Shown here: in pieces, positions 36,932-47,496 of the stretch
Position numbering within the stretch: position 1 is the stretch's first letter
Layout of the letters: the number at the start of each line of letters is the position of its first letter
From: an uncultured Solirubrobacterales bacterium
Lineage (GTDB): Bacteria > Actinomycetota > Thermoleophilia > Solirubrobacterales > Solirubrobacteraceae
Direction: 5' to 3'
Assembly (NCBI GenBank): GCA_963844475.1
Contig: CAWJOL010000005.1
Location: 40,805-104,804, forward strand
Length of the DNA: 64,000 nucleotides
Notes under the pieces: generated by a model
Databases searched by the model: none
The model's input: the letters and a program-made list of their open reading frames with translations, nothing else
What the model was told of the DNA's origin: nothing
Made by a program: the position numbers and the translations under genes

Positions 36932-37798
36932 ATGCATCCGATCTCTTACTTCCAAGGCATTGTCCTCGGCCTGCTCCAAGGCTTTTCCGAGCTGTTCCCG
37001 ATCTCAAGCCTCGGTCATGCTGTGGTGACCCCGCGACTGCTGGGCTGGAACATCCATCAGAACGACAAGTTCTTTCTCTCCTTCCTGGTCGCCGTCCACC
37101 TGGCCACGGCAATCGTCCTGCTCGGGTTCTTCCGAAAGGACTGGGTCCGGGTCTTCCGGGGCATCGGCCGATCGCTGCGCGACCGTGAGATCGCCGATTC
37201 GGACGCACGTCTCGGCTGGCTGCTGGTCGTTGGGACGATCCCCGCGGGAATTCTCGGACTGCTGCTCCAGGACCCGTTGCGCAAGATCTTCGCCTCCCCG
37301 GAGTCGGCGGCGATCTTCCTGTTCGTCAACGGGCTGCTGCTGTTCGGCTTCGAGGCGCTCCGCCGCCGTGCTCCGGGCGCTCCCGAGGGCGAGGCCGACA
37401 TCGACAACCGGATCGCCACCCGCGTCACCTGGCGCCAGGCGGCGGGGGTCGGCGCCGCTCAGGCGCTCGCGCTGGTGCCCGGGATCTCACGCTCCGGGGT
37501 GACCATGGGCGGCGGTCTGCTGGTCGGGCTCAACAACGAGGACGCGGCCAAGTTCGCCTTCCTGCTGGCCACCCCGATCATCGGCGCGGCCGCCGCGCTC
37601 AAGATCCCGGATCTGGCCGGCAAGACCGGCGACGGCGTACGCGGTCCCGCCTTCGTGGCCGCACTCTGCGCCGCCGTCACCGCCTACATCGCCATTCGGT
37701 TCCTGATGCGCTTTTTCGAAACCAACCGCCTGACGCCGTTTGCCATCTACTGCACCGTCGCGGGCGCAGCGCTCGCGATCGGCTTCGCGGTCACCTGA
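36932..37798 (+). CDS. uppP: Undecaprenyl-diphosphate phosphatase
   Basis: QGFSELFPISSLGH, PGISRSG. Confidence 0.95.
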   Translation: MHPISYFQGIVLGLLQGFSELFPISSLGHAVVTPRLLGWNIHQNDKFFLSFLVAVHLATAIVLLGFFRKDWVRVFRGIGRSLRDREIADSDARLGWLLVVGTIPAGILGLLLQDPLRKIFASPESAAIFLFVNGLLLFGFEALRRRAPGAPEGEADIDNRIATRVTWRQAAGVGAAQALALVPGISRSGVTMGGGLLVGLNNEDAAKFAFLLATPIIGAAAALKIPDLAGKTGDGVRGPAFVAALCAAVTAYIAIRFLMRFFETNRLTPFAIYCTVAGAALAIGFAVT

Positions 37799-37812
37799 TT
37801 GGAGACATCCGT

Positions 37813-38061
37813 ATGACCAAGAACAGACAGCTGATCATCCCCGCCGTGGCCCTGGGCATCCTGCTGATCGTGATCGCGATCGTCTACTGGGTGTCCACCG
37901 CCAGCGGCCTGCCGAGCTTCTTCCCCGGCCACCAGGCCGGATCGAGCACGCACCACGTCAAGCACGGCATTGCCGCGTTCCTGCTCGGGCTGGCCTGCAT
38001 CGTCTTCGCCTGGTTCCAGACCGGGCCGGCGAGCGGAGCCGCTCGCGCACAGAACCGCTGA
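37813..38061 (+). CDS. Small 2-TM membrane protein
   Basis: GGAG SD; two hydrophobic helices flanking LPSFFPGH...HHVKHG. Confidence 0.7.
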   Translation: MTKNRQLIIPAVALGILLIVIAIVYWVSTASGLPSFFPGHQAGSSTHHVKHGIAAFLLGLACIVFAWFQTGPASGAARAQNR

Positions 38062-38084
38062 GCCACCGAGACGCGCGGTTGCTG

Positions 38085-39581
38085 CTAGTCGGCCTCCACC
38101 ACCACCGCGTCACCGCCGCGGCGCGAGTCGCCGGCGCCCCAAAAGCGCCCGGCGCGGTCCTGCTCCACGGCCTGGACCCCGCCGAAGAACAGGTTGCGGT
38201 CGCGAAAGCGGCCGATTGCGCGGCCTGAGCCTTCGAGCTCGGTCGTGTCGATTCCCGGCTCGGTGTAGACCACCCCATCCTCGGAGTGCAGGCGCGGCGC
38301 CTGTACTGCATCGGGGGCGCGCAGCCCATCGTCGATCACGCGGATGATCGTCTGCATGATGGCCGAGCGGATCCGGTTCGAGCCCGCGCTGCCAAGCACG
38401 AGCTCAGGGCGTCCATCGTCCAGGACGACGGTTGGCGCCATCATGCTGGGTAGGCGCCGGCCCGGGGCGAAGCGATGAAAGCCGAGCGGATTCAGGTCCT
38501 GCTCACCGAGCATGTTGTTCAGGTGAACACCGGTCTCGGGCACGATCACCCCGGAGCACGACCCGTTCGAGCAGGTAACCGAACAGGCCTCGCCGTCCCG
38601 GTCGATCACCGCGATGTGCGTCGTCGACCCCAGTCCGCCACCGCCGTGGAGAAAGCGGGCCATGAACTCCGGATCAGCCAACCCATCCAGGAATTCCGGC
38701 GTGCGCTCGGCCTGCGTGCGCTCCATCACCTCGACGATCTGCTCGCTCCGGGGCGGCGGCGGGTCGGCATCGAGCAGCCCGAGCGCGCGCGCGATGAGAA
38801 TCCCACCCGCCGACGGCGGGGGATTGGTCAGGACGTCCCGTCCGCGGTAGCGGACCTGCACCGGCGCGCGGTCGACGACCCGGTACTGAGCCAGGTCGGC
38901 TCGCGTCAGCAGTCCACCCCGCGCCAGCACCCAGTCGGTGATGGCCGCCGCGATGTCGCCGGCGTAGAACGGTGCGGCCCCGTCTGCCGCCAGCCGCTCC
39001 AATGCGTCAGCCAGCTGCGGTTGGCGCAGCGTCTCCCCGGCTTTGAGCAGCCTTCCCCCGGGCGCGAACAGCGCGGTCGCCTCGGGCGTCGAGGTCACGA
39101 TCGCGCCGAGGATCTCGAGCAGGTAGGCCTGCTGCAGCGTGAGCTCTACACCGTCGCGGGCCAGGCCGGCCGCCTGCCGGGCCAGGTCGGCCAGTGGCAC
39201 CCGCCCGAAGCGCTCGGCGGCCTCGCACAGGCCGGCGGGTACACCGTAGGTCCCGACTGACGCCGAACCGATGTTGAACACCTGGACCGCATCGCCGAAG
39301 GAGACGTCGACCGGAATCAGCTCGGCCCTGGCACTCGCGGCGACGCCGCGCCCGGGGGCTTCGACGAAGAAGTCGAGCAGCACCGGCGCTTGACCGGGAA
39401 CCACGACCAGCATGTAGCCGCCGGCGCCCAGACCGGTCAGCAGCGGCTCGCAGACGAACGACGTCAGCATCGCGGCCAGCGCGGCGTCGACCGCGTTTCC
39501 GCCCGCGCGCAGGACCTCCGCGCCCGCCCGTGCCGACAGCGGATGGCCGGCCGCGATCACCCCAAGTTGGGGCTTGGTCAC
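38085..39581 (-). CDS. Gamma-glutamyltransferase family protein
   Basis: GGNAVDAA, GSTTHIAVID nucleophile, LNNMLGE, PSMMAP, GSAGSNRI. Confidence 0.92.
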   Translation of the reverse strand: MTKPQLGVIAAGHPLSARAGAEVLRAGGNAVDAALAAMLTSFVCEPLLTGLGAGGYMLVVVPGQAPVLLDFFVEAPGRGVAASARAELIPVDVSFGDAVQVFNIGSASVGTYGVPAGLCEAAERFGRVPLADLARQAAGLARDGVELTLQQAYLLEILGAIVTSTPEATALFAPGGRLLKAGETLRQPQLADALERLAADGAAPFYAGDIAAAITDWVLARGGLLTRADLAQYRVVDRAPVQVRYRGRDVLTNPPPSAGGILIARALGLLDADPPPPRSEQIVEVMERTQAERTPEFLDGLADPEFMARFLHGGGGLGSTTHIAVIDRDGEACSVTCSNGSCSGVIVPETGVHLNNMLGEQDLNPLGFHRFAPGRRLPSMMAPTVVLDDGRPELVLGSAGSNRIRSAIMQTIIRVIDDGLRAPDAVQAPRLHSEDGVVYTEPGIDTTELEGSGRAIGRFRDRNLFFGGVQAVEQDRAGRFWGAGDSRRGGDAVVVEAD

Positions 39582-39589
39582 GGTGGCGG

Positions 39590-41074
39590 CTATCGCCTGG
39601 GCATGAACTCGGGTACGTCCAGCTCCGTCGCCGAGGCCGTTTGACGTTCCCGGATACGGCTGACCCGCGGCTCGCCGCGTGGTTCGCGCAACGACGGGCG
39701 TAGCTCGTCGCGGCGGCTGATCGCTTCGGACGGGCGCTCGGCCGGACGGCGCTGGCGGCGTGCGTCGCCATAGCCGGTGGCCACGACGGTTACCCACACC
39801 TGGTCCTCGAGCTTGTCGTCGACCATCGCGCCGAAGATGATGTTGGCATCGGGATGCGCGGCCTCGGCGACGGCCTTCGCACACTCGTTGACCTCCCACA
39901 GGGACATATCGCGCCCGCCGGTGATCGAGAGCAGGATCGACCGTGCGCCCTCCATGCTGGTCTCCAGCAGCGGCGACGACACCGCCTGTTCAGCGGCGTC
40001 GAGCGCACGGCGTTCGCCGGCTCCCATGCCGATGCCCAGCAGTGCATTGCCCGCCTCGGACATGATCGTGCGCACATCCGCGAAGTCGAGGTTGATCAGC
40101 CCCGGCAAGGTCACCAGGTCCGAGATTCCCTGAACTCCCTGACGCAGCACGTCATCGGCCACGCGGAAGGCCTCGACCATCGAGGTGTTGCGATCGAGCA
40201 CCGACAGCAACCGGTTGTTCGGCACCACGATCAGTGTGTCGACCTCGGCGGCCAGCGCGTCGATGCCGGCCTCGGCCTGCTCGCGGCGCCGTGAGCCCTC
40301 GAACTGGAACGGCCGAGTGACGATGCCGACGGTCAGCGCCCCCAGCTCGCGAGCGATCTGGGCCACGATCGGAGCCGCCCCGGTCCCCGTACCGCCACCG
40401 GCGCCGGCGGCGATGAACACCATGTCCGAGCCACGCAACAACGCTTTGATCCGGTCGTGTTCGTGGCGGGCCGCCTCGCGCCCAAGGTTGGGGTCCGAAC
40501 CGGAGCCCAAGCCCCGGGTGATCGATTCACCGATGTGCAGGGTCTCGTTGGCGGCCGACTGCTGTAGTGACTGCAGGTCGGTATTGATGGCGAGGAACTC
40601 GACGCCCTCGATCTCAGCTTCGACCATCCGGTTGACGGCATTGACCCCTGCGCCGCCGACGCCGACGACGCGCAGCACCGGCGTGCCCACCGGCCGCGGA
40701 GCGGCAAAGGCATCGTCGGCACGCTGTGGACGGGCGTAGACGTCGGGCTCGACCGCGGCAGCGCGCTCGCTCGGACGGGCCATCACGTTCTCCGGAATGT
40801 CAGAGGAGAAGGCGTGGCGCAGGCGCTCCTGCGGCGAGGGGATCTTCGGCTCGGGCTCGGCGATCGGCGCCGGAGCGTCAAATCCCGGGTGCGGACGCCG
40901 GTTCGAGGCGCCGGCCGCGGGTTCGGTTGCGGCCTTCTGCGCGCGCTTTGGCGGCGCTGCCTTCGGCTGGGCCTCAGCCGGCGTCTCAGCCTCGGGACCG
41001 CTGTCCTCGGCCGTCTTGCGGAACAGGGCCGCCAGCGGCCCTTCACGCATGCTCGCGCGCTTACCGGTGGGCAT
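39590..41074 (-). CDS. ftsZ: FtsZ with ~130-aa N-terminal extension
   Basis: VVGVGGAGVNAV, GGGTGTG, INLDFADV, C-terminal LDVPEF; AAGGAGG SD. Confidence 0.95.
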   Translation of the reverse strand: MPTGKRASMREGPLAALFRKTAEDSGPEAETPAEAQPKAAPPKRAQKAATEPAAGASNRRPHPGFDAPAPIAEPEPKIPSPQERLRHAFSSDIPENVMARPSERAAAVEPDVYARPQRADDAFAAPRPVGTPVLRVVGVGGAGVNAVNRMVEAEIEGVEFLAINTDLQSLQQSAANETLHIGESITRGLGSGSDPNLGREAARHEHDRIKALLRGSDMVFIAAGAGGGTGTGAAPIVAQIARELGALTVGIVTRPFQFEGSRRREQAEAGIDALAAEVDTLIVVPNNRLLSVLDRNTSMVEAFRVADDVLRQGVQGISDLVTLPGLINLDFADVRTIMSEAGNALLGIGMGAGERRALDAAEQAVSSPLLETSMEGARSILLSITGGRDMSLWEVNECAKAVAEAAHPDANIIFGAMVDDKLEDQVWVTVVATGYGDARRQRRPAERPSEAISRRDELRPSLREPRGEPRVSRIRERQTASATELDVPEFMPRR

Positions 41075-41828
41075 TTGAGAGAACCTCCTTCGCGAGCTGC
41101 CTGTAGGCGAGTGCGGCCAGACCGTCGGGATCGTACTTCAGCACGGACATTCCTTTCACAGGGGCCTCGGCAAAGCGCACGGTCCGGCGGATCCTCGAGG
41201 CAAAAACCCGGTCGCCGAAGTTCTCCTCCAGCAGTTCGATCGCCTCCTTGGCATGCAACGTCCGCGTGTCGACGAGCGTCGGCAGGATGCCCTCGATCTC
41301 GACATCGGGATTCAGGTTCTCGCGGATCATGGCGAGCGTGTTCTGCAGCTGGATCAGACCGCGCATCGACAGATACTCGCACTGCACGGGGACGATTACC
41401 TTATGGGCCGCGGTCAGCGCGTTGATTGTGAGCAGCCCGAGGCTCGGCGGCGTGTCGATGAAGACGAAGTCGTAGTCCTCGGCGACCTCCGCCAGCGCCT
41501 TCTTCAGGTTGCGCTCGCGACCGATCATCGACGCCATCGCCATCTCCGCTCCGGCCAGGTCGATCGACGAGCAGGCGACGTCGATCTCACGCTTGCGGAT
41601 CACCTCGCGGATCGAGATCCGGTGCACGAGCACGTCGTACATCGATTTGTCCAGCGTGTCAGGGTCGATGCCCTGCGACATCGTCAGGTTGCCCTGAGGG
41701 TCCATATCGACGCACAGCACGCGGTGGCCCTCCTCGGCGAACGCGACGGCGAGGTTCAGCGTAGTCGTGGTCTTGGCGACGCCGCCCTTCTGGTTGGCGA
41801 ACGCGATCACCTTGAGGGTGGAACTCAC
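41061..41828 (-). CDS. ParA/Soj-family ATPase
   Basis: NQKGGVAKTTT, DMDPQGN, IDTPPSLG, VPVQCE, FAEAP. Confidence 0.95.
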   Translation of the reverse strand: MSSTLKVIAFANQKGGVAKTTTTLNLAVAFAEEGHRVLCVDMDPQGNLTMSQGIDPDTLDKSMYDVLVHRISIREVIRKREIDVACSSIDLAGAEMAMASMIGRERNLKKALAEVAEDYDFVFIDTPPSLGLLTINALTAAHKVIVPVQCEYLSMRGLIQLQNTLAMIRENLNPDVEIEGILPTLVDTRTLHAKEAIELLEENFGDRVFASRIRRTVRFAEAPVKGMSVLKYDPDGLAALAYRQLAKEVLSNAHR

Positions 41829-41983
41829 GGGAGGCTCCGATGGATCGAGGAAGTCATACGCGCCTGTATTCGCAGAGCGACGGGGAATTCCTTTACCTGA
41901 CTGCGTTTGCGAGGCCCGGCCGACAGGTTCGTCAGTCCCATGTCCGCGCTCCGAACGCCGCGTGGGCGCTATTTTGACCCCTC

Positions 41984-42937
41984 GTGCACGAGATTCTCGA
42001 CCGCCGTCTGATCTTCGTGACCGGCAAGGGCGGGGTCGGCAAGTCGACCGTGGCCACCGCGCTCGGGCTACTGGCGGCGCGGGCGGGTCTGCGCACGATC
42101 GTCGCCGAGCTGGCGAGCCAGGAACGGGTGCAACGCGCGTTCGACCGCGAGGTCGAGCCGTTTGAAGAGGTCGAGCTCGCGCCGGGCCTGTTCACCATCT
42201 CGATCGACCCGCAGCACGCGATGGAGGAATACCTGCGGCTCAAGACCGGCGCGCTCGGGCACATGCTGGCCTCGAGCAAGCTGTTCGGCGCCTTTGCGAT
42301 GGCCACTCCGGGGATGCGAGAGCTGCTCAGCATCGGGAAGGTGTGGGAGCTGGCCCAGCTGCAACGACGTACGAGCGGGGCCGCCCCCTATGACCTGGTG
42401 ATCGTCGACGCACCGGCCACGGGGCACGGCGTCGGGATCCTGAAAACGCCGCGCACGTTTGCCGAGATCGCCCGCGTCGGACCGATCGCCCACCAGGGCC
42501 GCATCATCGCGGACACTCTCGACGATCACGATTTCACGGCGGTCGTGGCGGTGGCCACGGCCGAGGAGATGCCCGTCAACGAGACCCTGGCGATCAAGGA
42601 CGAACTGGAGCGAGAGGGGCTGGAGCTCGCTGCGGTGATCGTCAACGCGCTGTACCCGTCGCGCTTCGGTCCGCGCGATCAGCGCAAGCTGGAGAAGGCG
42701 CTGAGCGACATCCAGGCCTCGCCCAGCCGGGGGGCGATCCGGGCCGCGCTGTCGGAGAGCGCCCGGGCAGCCGCGCAGCGCGAGCAACAGGACCGCCTGA
42801 GCGACGGCCTGCAGATGGAACTGGTGCAGCTGCCCTACCTGTTCGCCGACCAGGTCGGTCGCGAGCAGCTCGAGCAGTTGGCCGACGCGCTAGAGCTGGG
42901 GCTCGCCGAGCGCTCTGCGGCGTCACTGCCGGGCTGA
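41984..42937 (+). CDS. ArsA/Get3-family ATPase (Rv3679-like)
   Basis: VTGKGGVGKST, VDAPATGHG, AEEMPVNET. Confidence 0.92.
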   Translation: MHEILDRRLIFVTGKGGVGKSTVATALGLLAARAGLRTIVAELASQERVQRAFDREVEPFEEVELAPGLFTISIDPQHAMEEYLRLKTGALGHMLASSKLFGAFAMATPGMRELLSIGKVWELAQLQRRTSGAAPYDLVIVDAPATGHGVGILKTPRTFAEIARVGPIAHQGRIIADTLDDHDFTAVVAVATAEEMPVNETLAIKDELEREGLELAAVIVNALYPSRFGPRDQRKLEKALSDIQASPSRGAIRAALSESARAAAQREQQDRLSDGLQMELVQLPYLFADQVGREQLEQLADALELGLAERSAASLPG

Positions 42938-44212
42938 GGCCGCGGCCCAGCGCCCGGCCCGCAGCCCCGATTCGATTGCGCCGTCGATGAACCCCGCCCA
43001 CCCGTCGGCCAGATCGGAGCCGGCGAACAGCAGCCGGCCTTCCGGTGCCTGCATTGCGCGGTGGTGGTGCTCGTACCAGCCCGGGCGGTGAATCGCCCAC
43101 GTGCCGCGGGAGTAAGGGTCGGCCAGCCAGTCGTGGGCCGTCGCCGCGAGCACCTCGTAGCCCGGGAGGATCGCGTCCAGGTCACGCTGCACCGCGTCGA
43201 GGTCGTCCGCGTCACAGGCTTCGGCATCGACTCCGAAGCCGATCATCAACTGGGTTCCGTCGGGCCGCACCAGCTCGGTATCCAGATATCCGAATGGATG
43301 GCCGGGGCGGATCGTGTTGTGCAACCGCGGCTCTCCCCGGGCGTGGATGAAGATCTTGATTCCCCGTGAGGCCTGGCCGAGCCCGACGGCCTCGCGCTTG
43401 GCCCGCGCCAGCTCCGGCGTGAAGTCGATCGCGGCGACGGTGTTGAGCGGCACGGCCACGACGACCGCCCGCGCCCTGAAGCTCTCCCCCGTGCCGGTCT
43501 GCACCTGCACCTCGCCGTCGTGCTGGCGCACTGCGCTCACCGCAACCCCCAGCCGCCGCTCGCACGGCGCCGCCCCGGCAATCGACTGAAGCAGCGCGCC
43601 CGTCCCCTGCGCGAGCGTCACACGTCCGCCGGTGAACTGCGTCAGGGCGAGGCTGTAGCCCGACAGCGCATGCCAGCGCAGCACCGACACCGCCCCGGCC
43701 TGCTCCACCGGGGCGTGCGCCAGGGACTCGAGCTCGGCCACCAGAATCGCGCGTTCTTCCTCGCTCAGGTCCAGCTCGTTCAGTCGCCCCGCGATGCTCT
43801 GGCGGTCAAAGCGCGCGAGCGCATCGATCGCGTGGAGAGGATCGTGGGGCAACGGCAATGCCGCCTCGACGCCGTCCACGAACCGATCCCACCCGCGGCG
43901 CGCCAGCTCGTCCCGGGTGGCGATCGCGCCGGTCCGGCGCTCCTGGCCCACGTACCATCCGGCCGCCTGCGGATCGTCGCTGAGCTCGACCTTCAGACCG
44001 GCGCGGGAGATCTCAGACCAGGTGTGGGGCTGGTGCCAGTGCACCCACGCGCCGCCGTATTCGATCGGCATCCCGCGCCACTGCGCGCTCCAGGTCCGCC
44101 CGCCCAGACGCTGGCGTGCCTCCAGAAGCAACACCGAGCACCCGCGCAGCGCCGCTTCGCGCGCCGCCGTCACGCCGGCGAAGCCGCCGCCGACCACGAT
44201 TACGTCGTACAT
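42923..44212 (-). CDS. Flavin monoamine oxidase family protein (NicA2/MAO-N-like)
   Basis: MYDVIVVGGGFAG...LEARQRLGGR...GGAWVHWHQPH; GFIDGAIESG. Confidence 0.92.
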   Translation of the reverse strand: MYDVIVVGGGFAGVTAAREAALRGCSVLLLEARQRLGGRTWSAQWRGMPIEYGGAWVHWHQPHTWSEISRAGLKVELSDDPQAAGWYVGQERRTGAIATRDELARRGWDRFVDGVEAALPLPHDPLHAIDALARFDRQSIAGRLNELDLSEEERAILVAELESLAHAPVEQAGAVSVLRWHALSGYSLALTQFTGGRVTLAQGTGALLQSIAGAAPCERRLGVAVSAVRQHDGEVQVQTGTGESFRARAVVVAVPLNTVAAIDFTPELARAKREAVGLGQASRGIKIFIHARGEPRLHNTIRPGHPFGYLDTELVRPDGTQLMIGFGVDAEACDADDLDAVQRDLDAILPGYEVLAATAHDWLADPYSRGTWAIHRPGWYEHHHRAMQAPEGRLLFAGSDLADGWAGFIDGAIESGLRAGRWAAASARQ

Positions 44213-46287
44213 GGCCCCCGCACGCTGGCGTCGAGGGCGACCGCGCCCCGCTCGTGCACGACCACGGGGTTGCACTCGATCAGCTGCACACCCGACTCCA
44301 ACAGCAGCTCTCCCAGCCGGGCGGCCAACCGGCACGCCGCGGGGAGATCGACCGCCGGGGCGCCACGCGCCCCGCGCAACAGCGGAGCCCCGCGCAACGT
44401 GGACATCGCCCGCTCGATCCGGGCGGGCGAGGCGGGCAGGGGGATGACGACCACGTCTGCGAGCAGCTCGGTCCAGATTCCCCCCAGCCCGAGGACGAGC
44501 GCCGGGACCACCCCGTCGGTCGTGGCCGCGACCAGCAGCTCAACCCCGGGCGGGACCATCCGCTCGGCCTGCACGCAACCTCCGAATTGGGCCGCCAGCG
44601 CCGACAGCTCGCGATAGGCGTGGCGGACATCCGAGTCGTGGTGGAGTCCCAGCCGCACGCCGCCGAGCTCTGATTTGTGCTGAACCGCGGCCGCGCTCAG
44701 CTTCAACGCGAGCTGCCCGCCGAAATCGCTCAGCGCCGCGACCGCCTCGTCCGCGTCGTCGACCGCTCGCGCCTCGACCGCGCTGATCCCACCCGCCCGG
44801 AGAAACTCCATCGCCAGATGCGGAGCCAGCCACGGCCCCTGGCCCGATCGCCTCTCGCGCGTGCCCGCTGCCGCGGAGATCTCGCGCAGGCGCTCCGGGT
44901 TGCCCGCCGGCACCCGCATTGCCGCGGCACAGCGCAGCCCGGTGCGCAGGCCCGCCGCGGCGGGGATCCCGGCCTGGGCGAAGCGCCATGCCGCCTCGTC
45001 ATCCAGCAGCTCGGGCAGGGTTGAGCACACCATCGTCGCTGCGGGCGAGCTTCGCGCCCCGGCGGCAACGCCCTCGCGCACCGCCCGCCACGACGCCTCG
45101 ACGGCGCCGCTGAGGCCCGCCGGCTGGTCGTAGAACACCAGCACCTGGCCCACGCCGGGATCGTCACCGAGGATGCGGACGAGCTCCCCGAGCGGTTCCG
45201 GCTCGCCCCACAGCATCGCCGTGTAGTCGAGTGGGTTGGCCGCCGTGGCGGCCGAGGGCAGCGCGGCTCCCAGACGGGCCAGAGTCGAGCCGGCCAGGGC
45301 GGGCAGGTCCAGCCCGAGCCGCTCGGCCTCATCGGCGCCCTGAGCGGAGTCTCCACCCGAGCAGGTCATGATCGCCAGCCCATGGGCCGGCGGTCGGGCG
45401 GACTTCACCGCCAACGTCTTGGAGAGTTCGAGCAGCTCGTGGACGTCGTCGGCCCAGATCGCGCCGGCTTCCTCGACCAGCGCTCGGAACACCCTCTGGT
45501 CGCCGGCCAGGGCCGCACTGTGGGCGCTCGCCGCGCGGGCGCCGACCGGCGAGCTGCCGACCTTCAGCACCACCACCCGGACTCCCGCGGCCGCGCAGGC
45601 CGCGAGCCCGTCACAGATTCGCGGACCGCAATCGTCCTCCAGGTAGAGGCCGACGACCGACAAGTCATCCTGCTCGGCCAAGTACTCGAGATAGTCCGGG
45701 GCGGAGAGCACGGCCTGGTTGCCGCTGGCGATGACGGTGTGAAAGCGCAGCCCACGCCGGGTGGCCAGCGCATTGACGGCGACGTTCCCGCTCTGGGCGA
45801 CGAGTGCGACCTGTCCGGGCTCACGCGGCTCGAGCGCGTCGCCCCACAGCGCGCTCCGCGCGTGCATGGCCACGATCCCGTCGCAGTTGGGCCCGCACAC
45901 CGGCAGACGGTGGCGCGCCGCGGCGGCGACCAGGGCGCGCTGGTGCTCAGCCCCGCCCGGCGCCTCGGCGAAGCCGGCCCCGAACACCACCGCCCCACCG
46001 CAGCCACGCGCGCCCGCCTGGTCGATCACCGGCGCCACGCCGGCCGCGGGGATCGCGACGACGACGGCATCAACTGCGTCGGGGAGGTCGGCCAGCGAGG
46101 GCACGCACGGATGCCCGAACACCTCCGAGCGCCCGGGGTTGACCCCCCAGATGGCGCCGGGAAACCCGATCGTCGCGAGGTTCTCCAGCGTCTGGGCGGC
46201 GTAGCTGCCCGGACGATCATTGGCGCCGACCACCGCGACCGACCGCGGTGCCAGCAACCGGCCCAGATCAAGGCGCGCGCGCGCCAT
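44200..46287 (-). CDS. ADP-forming acyl-CoA synthetase (acetate-CoA ligase family, fused alpha-beta)
   Basis: PRSVAVVGA, CGPNCDG, AQSGN, SAHSAALAG, NPLD, HKSELGGV, IECNP. Confidence 0.92.
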   Translation of the reverse strand: MARARLDLGRLLAPRSVAVVGANDRPGSYAAQTLENLATIGFPGAIWGVNPGRSEVFGHPCVPSLADLPDAVDAVVVAIPAAGVAPVIDQAGARGCGGAVVFGAGFAEAPGGAEHQRALVAAAARHRLPVCGPNCDGIVAMHARSALWGDALEPREPGQVALVAQSGNVAVNALATRRGLRFHTVIASGNQAVLSAPDYLEYLAEQDDLSVVGLYLEDDCGPRICDGLAACAAAGVRVVVLKVGSSPVGARAASAHSAALAGDQRVFRALVEEAGAIWADDVHELLELSKTLAVKSARPPAHGLAIMTCSGGDSAQGADEAERLGLDLPALAGSTLARLGAALPSAATAANPLDYTAMLWGEPEPLGELVRILGDDPGVGQVLVFYDQPAGLSGAVEASWRAVREGVAAGARSSPAATMVCSTLPELLDDEAAWRFAQAGIPAAAGLRTGLRCAAAMRVPAGNPERLREISAAAGTRERRSGQGPWLAPHLAMEFLRAGGISAVEARAVDDADEAVAALSDFGGQLALKLSAAAVQHKSELGGVRLGLHHDSDVRHAYRELSALAAQFGGCVQAERMVPPGVELLVAATTDGVVPALVLGLGGIWTELLADVVVIPLPASPARIERAMSTLRGAPLLRGARGAPAVDLPAACRLAARLGELLLESGVQLIECNPVVVHERGAVALDASVRGPCTT

Positions 46288-46298
46288 GAGCACCTCGC

Positions 46299-47496
46299 TC
46301 AATGGATCGTCGCTTCTACCCCACGGCGCTCCAGAGCACGCGTGATGATCAGCCGCTGGACCTCGCTCGTTCCCTCCCAGATGCGATCGACGCGCAGCTC
46401 GCGGTTGAAGCGCTCGGCGACGTTGCTGCGCAGGTAGCCGCGTCCGCCGAAGGCCTGCACGGACCGGTCGGCCAGCCGGCCGGCGGCTTCGCTGACGAAC
46501 AGCTTGGCCATCGAGGCCTTGGCGTGAATCAGCTTCGGATCGGCCTCGGCGTCGACCATCCGCGCGACCTGGAGCGCGAGCAGGCGACCCAGCGTGGCGT
46601 CGGTAGCCGAGTCGGCCAGGGGGAAACGAGATCCCCTGGTAGTCGAAGATTCGCGTGCCGCCCTGGACGCGGTTCAGCGTCCAGTCCATCGTCTCGTCGA
46701 GGAGCCGCCACATCGCGCCGAGGCCATGCGTGGCGATCCCCAGGCGCTCCTCGGTGAACCAGCCACGCTGCAGCGCCTCGCCGTTGCCGATCCCGCCGAT
46801 CACGGCGTCCTCGGGAACCTCGACGTCGGTGAACCGGATGGTCGGATGGCCGTGCGGATAGTTGTGGGTGAACTTGGGATCGTCGACGAACTCGACGCCA
46901 GGCACCGAGGGCTCGACAAGGAACAGCGTCGGCAGGCGATCCTCGCCGTCGACCACGTTGGCCATTACGATCAGCACCCGGGCCACGTCACCCGAGGTCA
47001 CGAACCACTTCTCGCCGTCGATCCGCCAGCCACCCTCGCTGCGCCGCGCGGTGGTGGCGATGCCGCCGGGATCGGAGCCGGCCTCGGCCTCGGTGACCGC
47101 GTAGGCGTCGCCGCCTTCGCCGCGCAGCGCGGGTACCAGGTAGCGCTGGATCTGCTCCTCGGTGCCGTTGATGAGGACGTTGTAGACGTTGGGGACGTGC
47201 CAGTGCAGGCCATTGGTGACCCGGCCGAACTGCTCGTTGACCAGAAACCACTCGAGCATCGTCCATCCCTGGCCGCCCAGCTCCCGGGGCACGCGCCCGC
47301 CGGCCAGTCGGGCCGAGATCGCCTGACTGCGGATCCGCTGGACGGTGTCCTCGCTCAGCGCCCCCTGGCGCTCCTCGGCCTCGAGCTCGAGCGGGATCAG
47401 CACGTCCTCGACAAACTGGCGCGCACGCTGCTGGAGCTCGGCTTGGTCGGGCGTCAGCTCCGTCGAGTCGGTCGTGGGCGGGATCGTCGTGGTCAT
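46299..47496 (-). CDS. Acyl-CoA dehydrogenase (1 frameshift near 46620)
   Basis: YAVTEAEAGSD, DGEKWFVT, QAFGGRGY, RIWEGTSEVQ. Confidence 0.93.
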
